From Candidatus Alistipes faecavium (GTDB lineage Bacteria > Bacteroidota > Bacteroidia > Bacteroidales > Rikenellaceae), in NCBI GenBank assembly GCA_019118605.1, contig DWYP01000018.1:1102-65101 (forward strand): a stretch of 64,000 nt of DNA, written 5' to 3'. A program made the translations under genes and the position numbers. Positions 1 through 7,673 of the stretch are shown here, in pieces (the first letter of the stretch is position 1; each line of letters begins with the position of its first letter). A model generated the notes under the pieces. That model did no database searches, was not told the DNA's origin, and worked only from the letters and a program-made list of their open reading frames with translations.

Positions 1-1
1 T

Positions 2-52
2 GCCAACGCCCGGGCCTACAGCGCCGAGCTGAACAGGCGCAAAATCCGCTGA
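2..52 (+). CDS. 3' end of an unidentified upstream gene (partial)
   Basis: Frame 2 reads ANARAYSAELNRRKIR then TGA at 50-52. Almost every third codon position is G/C, as in the confirmed genes. Too short to name. Confidence 0.3.
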   Translation, partial: ANARAYSAELNRRKIR

Positions 53-72
53 CCCCGCAAGACAAAGAAGCC

Positions 73-675
73 ATGCTGACGAAAATCTACGCAGAGAACC
101 CCTCGGAGAGGGAGTTGAGACGGGTGGTCGAGGCCCTCGAAAGGGACGGGGTGGTGATCTATCCCACCGACAGCGTCTACGCCTTCGGATGCTCGGTGCA
201 GTCGCCCAAGGCCGTTGAGCGCCTGCGGCGCATGCGGGGCAAGTCGGCCGACGACATGACGCTCGTCTTTTCGGGCATCGCGCAGGTCGCCGAGTACTGC
301 CGGGTCGACAACGCCGCCTTCCGGATCCTGAAGCGCAACCTCCCGGGGCCCTTCACCTTCGTGCTGCCGGCCTCGTCGCGCATTCCCGACAAGGCCCTCG
401 GGCGGCGCCGCACGATCGGCGTGCGCATACCCTCGAATGCCGTGGCGCGCGCCGTGGTCGAGGCCCTGGGATGCCCGATGGTCACAGCGTCGGTCAAGGA
501 CGACGACGAGGTGGTCGAATATACGACCGATCCCGAGCTGATCGACGAACGCTACGCACGCGAGGTGGCGCTGGTGATCGACGGCGGCATCGGCGACAAC
601 GTCCCGACGACGGTCGTCGACCTGACGGGCGACGAGCCGGAGATCCTGCGCGAGGGAAAAGGGGAGTTGCAGTGA
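73..675 (+). CDS. tsaC: L-threonylcarbamoyladenylate synthase, YrdC/TsaC family
   Basis: 200 aa with ATG at 73. Carries YPTDSVYAFGC near the N-terminus and PGPFTFVL and GVRIPSN downstream, typical of the YrdC/Sua5 fold. Confidence 0.88.
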   Translation: MLTKIYAENPSERELRRVVEALERDGVVIYPTDSVYAFGCSVQSPKAVERLRRMRGKSADDMTLVFSGIAQVAEYCRVDNAAFRILKRNLPGPFTFVLPASSRIPDKALGRRRTIGVRIPSNAVARAVVEALGCPMVTASVKDDDEVVEYTTDPELIDERYAREVALVIDGGIGDNVPTTVVDLTGDEPEILREGKGELQ

Positions 676-723
676 GCGCCTCCCGAAAATACGGATCAGA
701 AAAACAACAAACATATCGAAAGA

Positions 724-1245
724 ATGAAACAGACGAACTTTTGGAACGACGCCGCGTGGTATGGCGTATACATGGCGCTGCTGGCCATCGTCTTCGACAT
801 CACGGGTTTCTATGTGCAGCATGCGCTGCTGTCGCTCTTGTCGCTGCTGCTGTTCATGGGGCTGCTGACGTGGTTCACGAAGAGCCGCGTGGCGCGCTAT
901 GCGACCGACGAGGAGGGATACGGGTACGGACGCTGCCTCGGGTTCATCGTTGCCGTGATGCTCTGCGCCGGGTTCATCGAGGGCGCCTTCGTGAGCGTGG
1001 CGGCCAACTGGCTCTTTGCGGCCAAGTACGACGCCTCGATCGCCCAGTCGATCTCCCTGCTCGAGGAGACCGGATTCTATACCGCCGACATGCTCGAGCA
1101 GATGACCCGCTGGCTCCACTCGCCGCTGTGGCTGATCCTCGGCACGATGTTCGGCTCGGCTGTCAAGGGCGCCTTCTTCGGGCTCTTCATCGCAGCCTTC
1201 GCACGGCGTGAGGCCCGTCCCTTCGCAAACAACAATCCCGAGTGA
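724..1245 (+). CDS. DUF4199-like integral membrane protein
   Basis: 173 aa with several long hydrophobic segments. N-terminus is MKQTNFWNDAAWYGVYMALL. Its TGA overlaps the next ATG (TGATG at 1243-1247). Confidence 0.7.
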   Translation: MKQTNFWNDAAWYGVYMALLAIVFDITGFYVQHALLSLLSLLLFMGLLTWFTKSRVARYATDEEGYGYGRCLGFIVAVMLCAGFIEGAFVSVAANWLFAAKYDASIAQSISLLEETGFYTADMLEQMTRWLHSPLWLILGTMFGSAVKGAFFGLFIAAFARREARPFANNNPE

Positions 1246-2207
1246 TGGAGCGCGCGAAATTGGACATATCGGTCGTCGTGCCTCTCTACAACGAGGCCGA
1301 GTCGCTCCCCGAGCTGGCGGCGTGGATCGACCGCGTGGCCCGCAGCGAAGGGCTGACCTATGAGATCGTGATGGTCGACGACGGGTCGTCCGACGGCTCG
1401 TGGGCGACCATCGAGCGCCTGAAGGCGCAGTACCCCGCCATCCGGGCCATCCGCTTCACGTGCAACTACGGCAAGTCGGCGGCCCTCTACTGCGGGTTTG
1501 CCGCAGCCGAAGGCGAGGTGGTCTTCACGATGGACGCCGACCTGCAGGATTCGCCCGACGAGATTCCCGCCCTGCGGCGCATGATCCTCGAGGAGGGCTA
1601 CGACCTGGTCTCGGGATGGAAAAAGAAACGCCACGACCCGATCGGCAAGCGGTGGCCGAGCAAGTTTTTCAACTGGACGGCCCGCAGCGTCTCGGGCATC
1701 CGGCTCCACGACTTCAACTGCGGGCTGAAGGCCTATCGGCGCAAGGTCGTGAAGTCGATCGAGGTCTACGGGGAGATGCACCGTTTCATTCCGATTCTTG
1801 CCAAGAAGGCCGGATTCCGCCGCATCGGCGAGAAGGTCGTCGACCACCACGCCCGCAAGTACGGGCATTCGAAGTTCGGACTCGAGCGCACGGTCAAGGG
1901 ATACCTCGACCTCATCACGGTGCTGTTCATGACCCATTTCGGGCGATCTCCGATGTACTTCTTCGGGGGGCTCGGGACGGTGATGTTCCTTCTGGGCGGC
2001 GGCACGACGGTGTGGGTCATCGCCGGGAAGCTCTGGAAGCAGGCCCACGGGCTGCCCCTGCGCCCCGTGACCGACCAGCCGCTCTTCTATCTGGCGATCC
2101 TTGCCGTGATCCTGGGCGTGCAGCTCTTCCTGGCGGGATTCCTCGGGGAGCTCATCAACCGCGGGTCGTCGGATCGCAACAAATACCTGATCGACAAAAC
2201 ATTGTAA
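1245..2207 (+). CDS. family 2 glycosyltransferase (polyprenol-phosphate glycosyltransferase-like)
   Basis: Carries VVVPLYNE...VDDGSSDGS...MDADLQD (the GT2 DXD region) plus two C-terminal transmembrane helices. The track start at 1242 is GTG, so I prefer the ATG at 1245. Confidence 0.88.
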   Translation: MERAKLDISVVVPLYNEAESLPELAAWIDRVARSEGLTYEIVMVDDGSSDGSWATIERLKAQYPAIRAIRFTCNYGKSAALYCGFAAAEGEVVFTMDADLQDSPDEIPALRRMILEEGYDLVSGWKKKRHDPIGKRWPSKFFNWTARSVSGIRLHDFNCGLKAYRRKVVKSIEVYGEMHRFIPILAKKAGFRRIGEKVVDHHARKYGHSKFGLERTVKGYLDLITVLFMTHFGRSPMYFFGGLGTVMFLLGGGTTVWVIAGKLWKQAHGLPLRPVTDQPLFYLAILAVILGVQLFLAGFLGELINRGSSDRNKYLIDKTL

Positions 2208-2211
2208 CAAC

Positions 2212-2676
2212 ATGATACAACGCATTCAAACCCTTTATCTTCTGGTCGTTGCGGCGCTCATGGCCGTGACGCTCTTCGTGCCGCTGGCCTGGTTCGCCGC
2301 CGATGGCGCCGAGTACCGTCTCTACGCCTTTTCGCTCCAGACGCTCGAAGGCGGGGCCGTGCAGGGTACGGTCTACATGGGGCTGCTGCTGCTCGCCTCG
2401 TGCCTGCTTCCCCTTGTGACGATCTTCCTCTTCCGGCGGCGGATGCTGCAGATCCGCCTCTGCGTGGTCGAGATGGTGCTGCTGCTGGGTGCCACGGCCA
2501 TGGAGGCGATCTACTACTACCTCAGCGCGCGGGCCTTTTCCGACGCGGCGATGTACGCCCGGGGATTCAAGCCCTCCATCGCGCTGCCGCTGGTCGGACT
2601 GTTCTTCGCCTATCTGGCCGTGCGGGCGATTTTCCGCGACGAACTGATGGTTCGCGCCGCCGACAGGATACGCTGA
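2212..2676 (+). CDS. DUF4293-like membrane protein
   Basis: 154 aa, starts MIQRIQTLYLLVVAALM, about four hydrophobic helices. Begins 4 nt after the GT2 stop. Confidence 0.7.
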   Translation: MIQRIQTLYLLVVAALMAVTLFVPLAWFAADGAEYRLYAFSLQTLEGGAVQGTVYMGLLLLASCLLPLVTIFLFRRRMLQIRLCVVEMVLLLGATAMEAIYYYLSARAFSDAAMYARGFKPSIALPLVGLFFAYLAVRAIFRDELMVRAADRIR

Positions 2677-2823
2677 ACGATAACCCGTTAAGGTCATTCG
2701 ATACCGGGATCCGGAGATGCGCAGCGTCTCCGGATCTTTTCTCTGCCGGGAATACGAATAATAAATTGTCGTTAAATGCGCAAAAAATGCCTGAAAAGTC
2801 TTTGTATATTTGGAAAATAAATA

Positions 2824-2831
2824 TAACTTTG
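2824..2831 (+). promoter_or_regulatory. candidate Bacteroidota -7 promoter box (TAACTTTG)
   Basis: Matches the TAnnTTTG consensus. Lies inside a visibly AT-rich 245-nt spacer, about 90 nt upstream of the ATG at 2922. Confidence 0.35.
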
Positions 2832-2921
2832 AAACCCATTTGCCCCTGTCGGGAACCGGGGAATGGATCGGACAAGAAATATTCGATACGTTAATAAAAA
2901 TTTAACTTAATTGTCAAGAGT

Positions 2922-5231
2922 ATGAAAACCGTGAATTTATGGAAAACATTCCTCTTTTCGGCGTTGACTCTCGCAGCCTTTACCGCCTGCGACAACAATG
3001 AAACCGAGGAAGAGGGAGGAATCCCTTCTATTACTGTTAACGGTGGCGAGACCGCAACGGTCGCCGGCACCTACGAAGAGTGCACGACGGAGGCCGTCGA
3101 GGTCGTATCGTCGGGCAGCTGGACGCTGACGCTGAGCGATCCTTCCGCCTCGTGGTGCACGCCGAGCGCCGTTTCGGGCAGCAAGGGCACCACGCAGCTG
3201 ACCTTCAAGCTGGCAGCCACGACCGCCGACCGTGAGATTACCGCCACGCTGACCACCGCCGGCTCGGTCGAGGGCATTCCGATGACCGACGAGGCCAAGA
3301 TCATCATCAAGCAGAACGCCGGAGGTTCGTCGGCCGTGGAGACCAACGTCGCCGAAGTCCGCGCGCTGGTGGCCGCGATGAACCCCACGATGACCAAGGT
3401 GGACGCTTCGGCCGATATTCTGGCCTTGGGCAACCTGGTAGGTGTCGTCTCGGGTGATCCGGGCGATGCCCCCAACATGGGCAACAAGTACCTGACCGTT
3501 ATCCAGGATACCGACAACGCCGAGAACTCGGGCCTGATGATCAACCATGACAACGTGTCGTCGTGGAAGACCGGACAGCTCCTGCAGATCTCGCTCGAGG
3601 GCGCCCAGGTGCAGAAATACAACGGTACGCTGCAGCTGTCGCTGTCGGACGCCAAGGTGACCGTCCTCGGCGAGGGCGTCGAGATTACTCCCGTGGAGCT
3701 TGCGTCGGTGGCCGACATCGAGAAGTATCAGTCGCAGCTGGTGAAGTTCCCCAACGTGCAGACCGTTACGGAGTATGCCGAGGGTACGACCTATGCTTCG
3801 AAGTACAATGCCGATTTCGTGACCGAGGGCGGCGAGTCCTTCACGGTATACACCAACAAGACCGGCAACGAGAACTTCGGCACGACGGTGATCTCGAACC
3901 TCAGCGGCCCGATCATGGGTATTGCCAACTGCTACCAGAAGAATAACGAGGGCGACGTGACCCTGCAGCTTGTGCCCCGTAATGCCGAGGATGTCGCCGG
4001 CCTGACGAATCCCCGTTTCGTGCTCAAGACTTCGGCTGCTACCATCGCCGAGGTGCTCGAGGGCGGTGAGGGCGCCTACAAGGTGGAGAATGCCACGGTA
4101 GTGGCCGCCACGACGCGTTCGTTCGTCATGCAGGATGCCAGCGGCGTGATACTCGTGTATTGCGACAAAAATACCGTTCCGGAGGTAGGGTCGGTCGTTA
4201 CGGTGGAGGGCCTCGTGAGCCCCTACAGCAACGTGCTGCAGTTCGACAAGCCGACCGTGACCGTAACCGGTACGGGCAGCGTTTCGGAGCCCACGCCCAC
4301 GGTGGTTGACGCTTCGAACATCCAGACGATCATCGACGCCCACAAAGTCGTATTCGTGCAGGTATCTGGCGAGCTGTACAAGGACGGCTCCTACTACAAC
4401 ATGAACTTCAGCTTCGAGACCACCAAGACGGGTTCGATCGACTCGCCGCTGGCCAGCCTCAACCTTGATAACTATTTGGATCAGATGGTGGACATCAAGG
4501 GATGGTTTATTTATACGACTGGCGAGGGTGTCCGCTTCACGGTGGTTGCCACGGAGGTTTCGGCCAACACCACCGCCCCGAACGTGAAGTTCGACAAGGA
4601 TGCACTCAACTTTGACGGTTCGGGCGCCGAGCCGCAGAAGGTCGGCTATACCACGCAGAACGTGACGGGCAGCGTCGAGATGGTGCTCGAAGGAACCGAT
4701 GCCGACAAGTTCGAGATCAGTGCGAAGGACGATTCGTCGGTGACGGTGGCCGTGAAGGGCGACAACACCGGCGATGCAGCCTACGAGGCCTCGCTGGTAG
4801 CCAAGGTCGGCGGCAAGGCGATTGCTTCCGTAGCCCTGACGCAGGCCGTAGCCATTCCCGACGGTTCGAAGCAGGTAACGTTCGTCTTCGCGGAGATGGG
4901 CTTTGAGAATGCCCAGGAGGTGCCTGAAGTAAGCAAAGACGGAATCAAGCTCGCATTTGAGCTGGGTGCGAATACGAACGGCAATACTCCGAAGTACTAT
5001 AGCACCGGCAACGGCCTGCGCACCTATGTAGGCAACACGATTACGATCTCCGGTGCGACGATCACGAGGGCCGAGTTCACGTTCGCGGGTGCCTCCTACA
5101 ACAAGATTGAGGCTTCGGGATATGTTGCCGACGGGGCGACGGGAACCTGGACCGGTTCGGATAAGAGCGTTGTCCTGAATTCGACGGGAACCACGCGTAT
5201 TCAGAAGATCGTGGTGACCTACACCGAATAG
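2922..5231 (+). CDS. surface lipoprotein with a BACON module, repeated OB-like (DUF5689-like) barrels and Ig-like C-terminal modules
   Basis: Lipobox LAAFTAC followed by acidic DNNETEEEGG. BACON-like SGSWTLTLSDPSASWCTPS...TFKL. Two modules resemble the GxVxxD...QD...G OB-type pattern seen again in the 10527 gene. Confidence 0.85.
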   Translation: MKTVNLWKTFLFSALTLAAFTACDNNETEEEGGIPSITVNGGETATVAGTYEECTTEAVEVVSSGSWTLTLSDPSASWCTPSAVSGSKGTTQLTFKLAATTADREITATLTTAGSVEGIPMTDEAKIIIKQNAGGSSAVETNVAEVRALVAAMNPTMTKVDASADILALGNLVGVVSGDPGDAPNMGNKYLTVIQDTDNAENSGLMINHDNVSSWKTGQLLQISLEGAQVQKYNGTLQLSLSDAKVTVLGEGVEITPVELASVADIEKYQSQLVKFPNVQTVTEYAEGTTYASKYNADFVTEGGESFTVYTNKTGNENFGTTVISNLSGPIMGIANCYQKNNEGDVTLQLVPRNAEDVAGLTNPRFVLKTSAATIAEVLEGGEGAYKVENATVVAATTRSFVMQDASGVILVYCDKNTVPEVGSVVTVEGLVSPYSNVLQFDKPTVTVTGTGSVSEPTPTVVDASNIQTIIDAHKVVFVQVSGELYKDGSYYNMNFSFETTKTGSIDSPLASLNLDNYLDQMVDIKGWFIYTTGEGVRFTVVATEVSANTTAPNVKFDKDALNFDGSGAEPQKVGYTTQNVTGSVEMVLEGTDADKFEISAKDDSSVTVAVKGDNTGDAAYEASLVAKVGGKAIASVALTQAVAIPDGSKQVTFVFAEMGFENAQEVPEVSKDGIKLAFELGANTNGNTPKYYSTGNGLRTYVGNTITISGATITRAEFTFAGASYNKIEASGYVADGATGTWTGSDKSVVLNSTGTTRIQKIVVTYTE

Positions 5232-5249
5232 TCGAGGAAACCGACTTAT

Positions 5250-5300
5250 AAACCAACCACTCTTGGCGGGGCCTTCCGTGCCCTGCCAAGAGTTTGGTTT
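5250..5300 (+). terminator. hairpin between the first and second genes (terminator or attenuator)
   Basis: AAACCAAccACTCTTGGC (5250-5267) pairs with GCCAAGAGTTTGGTTT (5285-5300). That gives 9+7 bp with a 2-nt bulge and a 17-nt loop. There is no long T-run beyond the stem. Confidence 0.4.
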
Positions 5301-5354
5301 CTAAAAAGCACTGTAGATCATCTATTTCCTTTTCTACGGATGGTATCTGTCTTC

Positions 5355-6581
5355 ATGAAACGTTCGGGCCTGTCGCTGCTGCTGGCGGCCGCCGTGCTTG
5401 TCCTCTCTGCCGCCTGCGACAAGGAGGATATGCCCGCCGTGAAGTCCTCCGCAAGCCTCGCCGTCCCGGTCGTCGACCCCGTGCAGGGCTCCTGCGGGAT
5501 CATCACGCAGGGCGCCTCCGGAACCGCCTTCACGGCAACGCTGTCGTTCGAATCCGCCTCGGAGCCCTGGTGCTCGTTCGGGGAGTCCGGATCCGTGACA
5601 ACGGCCGTCGGGAAGGTCGGACAGAGCCTCACGCTCTACGTGTCGGCCAATCCGTCGGACACCTACCGCACGGCGGACATCTCGGTGGTCTATGCCGACG
5701 GCTACACCGCGTCGCTGAGCCTTGCGCAGATGCCCGGAACCGTGCCCGCCGACATCGCAAGGGGCTGGGGCGAACTGCCCGCCTATCGCGAGGGCGCCAC
5801 GTTCATCTACAAAAAATACCTTACGACGCTCTCCGGAAACGGTTATTTCTCCGGCGGCCGCTTCCGCAACTTCACCGTCTGCTACGACACGCAGACCCGG
5901 GTGTCGCAATGGGTGGCCTACCCGGTTTTCTACCCCTATTACGAGACCCCGAAGCTGGACCGCGTGAACGCCTTCGGGTACGATCCCAACGACCAGCAGC
6001 CCGCCATTCCGACCTCGGAGCAGCAGAACATCTCGCGCGGATACGGTGCGGGCGGCTACGACCGCGGGCACATGCTGCCCCAGGCCACGCGCTACAACAA
6101 TTACGAGACCAACCGCATGACCTACTACGCCACCAACATGATGCCGCAGAATAGCCGCCTGAACCAGGGGATCTGGGCCTCGCTCGAGGGCAAGGTGCGC
6201 GGATGGGGTCCTCTGCCCAACGGCACGCGCTACGATACGCTCTATGTGGTGACGGGCGCGAGCTTCAAGGATCCCGGGGCGACGATCTCCAACGCCAACG
6301 GCCCGATCACGGTGCCGACGCATTGCTGGAAGGTGCTGCTCAAGCAGAAGGGCAACCTCAACAAGCAGCTCTGGGAACTGGAGGCCGACGAGGTGAAGGC
6401 CATCGGTTTCATCTTCACGAACGATGCGGCGGGGGCCGGGACGTCGCTCCTGGAGGCCGCCTGCACGGTCGGGGAGGTCGAGCAGCTGACAGGTTTCGAG
6501 TTCTTCCCGATGTTGGATCCCGCGGTCGCCGGGCAGGTCAAGAATCGCCTCAATACGGCCGAATGGAGCGGAATATACTGA
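5355..6581 (+). CDS. DNA/RNA non-specific endonuclease (Serratia NucA / Endonuclease_NS family) lipoprotein with an N-terminal BACON-like module
   Basis: Catalytic region is GYDRGHMLPQATR...YYATNMMPQNSRLNQGIWASLE. Lipobox VLSAAC is followed by DKED. The track ORF starts at 5340, but the ATG at 5355 gives a canonical signal peptide MKRSGLSLLLAAAVLVLSAAC. Confidence 0.9.
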   Translation: MKRSGLSLLLAAAVLVLSAACDKEDMPAVKSSASLAVPVVDPVQGSCGIITQGASGTAFTATLSFESASEPWCSFGESGSVTTAVGKVGQSLTLYVSANPSDTYRTADISVVYADGYTASLSLAQMPGTVPADIARGWGELPAYREGATFIYKKYLTTLSGNGYFSGGRFRNFTVCYDTQTRVSQWVAYPVFYPYYETPKLDRVNAFGYDPNDQQPAIPTSEQQNISRGYGAGGYDRGHMLPQATRYNNYETNRMTYYATNMMPQNSRLNQGIWASLEGKVRGWGPLPNGTRYDTLYVVTGASFKDPGATISNANGPITVPTHCWKVLLKQKGNLNKQLWELEADEVKAIGFIFTNDAAGAGTSLLEAACTVGEVEQLTGFEFFPMLDPAVAGQVKNRLNTAEWSGIY

Positions 6582-6621
6582 TGATAATGACCGATATGAA
6601 TCTTAACAACAGCAGAATGTC

Positions 6622-7656
6622 ATGAAGAGACTCTTTTTAACCACGTTGTTTGCCGCTTTGATTGCGGTCGTCTGCTTCGCGCAGAAGCCCTATAAGGTGG
6701 TATTCTACAACTTCGAGAACCTGTTCGACACGATCAACGAACCGGGGGTTCTCGACGACGAGTTCACGCCCGACGCCCCGAAGCGGTGGAATACCGCCAA
6801 GTACACGCGCAAGCTGGCGAACCTCGAACGCGTGCTGTTCGACATCGCCGCCGCGGACAAGGAGTTCCCCATCGTGATCGGCGTCTCGGAGGTCGAGAAC
6901 CGCTCGGTGATGGAGGATGTCATCGCGCAGCCGAAACTCGCCGCCGGGAACTACCGCATCGTCCACTTCGACTCGCCCGATGCGCGCGGTGTCGACGTGG
7001 CGTTCTATTACCGTCCCGACGTCTTCAAGCTCGAGGGCAGCGCCGCCATTCCCTACGTGATGCCCGGGATGCCCGACTTCAAGACGCGCGATTTCGTGAC
7101 CATGTGGGGCACGATCGACCGGGAGCCGTTCTTCTTCCTCGTGAGCCACTGGCCCTCGCGTCTGGGCGGCAAGGAGGCGTCGGCCTCCAAGCGCATGAAC
7201 GCCGCGACGCAGATCCGCCACATCATTGACTCGGTGACGGCCGCGAATCCCGCCACGAAGGTCGTGGTGATGGGTGACCTGAACGACGACGCCACCGACA
7301 GGAGCATCGTCGAGGGTCTGCGCGCCAAGGGCCGCCTCGAGGAGGTCGGTCAGGGCGACATGTTCAACCCCTTCATCGGGGTCTTCAAGGCCGGATACGG
7401 ATCGCTGGCCTATCAGGACGAGTGGAACCTCTTCGACAACATCATCGTCTCGGAGAACCTCGCCACGGGTTCGACCGGGGAGCTCCGCCTGCAGCCCGTC
7501 CGGGACACGAAGTTCTACGGCGGCATTTTCCGGCGTCCCTACATGATCCAGAAGGAGGGACAGTACAAGGGTTATCCTTTGCGTACCTTCGTGGGCAACG
7601 ACTTCCAGGGAGGTTTCAGCGACCACCTGCCCGTCTACATCTACATCGCAAAATAA
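6622..7656 (+). CDS. endonuclease/exonuclease/phosphatase (EEP) family protein, secreted
   Basis: SPI-type signal (VVCFAQ/KP). Then VVFYNFENLFD, SEVEN, VSHWPSR, GDLND and FSDHLPV, which match the EEP catalytic N, E, H, D-N and D-H positions. Confidence 0.88.
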   Translation: MKRLFLTTLFAALIAVVCFAQKPYKVVFYNFENLFDTINEPGVLDDEFTPDAPKRWNTAKYTRKLANLERVLFDIAAADKEFPIVIGVSEVENRSVMEDVIAQPKLAAGNYRIVHFDSPDARGVDVAFYYRPDVFKLEGSAAIPYVMPGMPDFKTRDFVTMWGTIDREPFFFLVSHWPSRLGGKEASASKRMNAATQIRHIIDSVTAANPATKVVVMGDLNDDATDRSIVEGLRAKGRLEEVGQGDMFNPFIGVFKAGYGSLAYQDEWNLFDNIIVSENLATGSTGELRLQPVRDTKFYGGIFRRPYMIQKEGQYKGYPLRTFVGNDFQGGFSDHLPVYIYIAK

Positions 7657-7673
7657 TCTAAACGACGAGTGAT

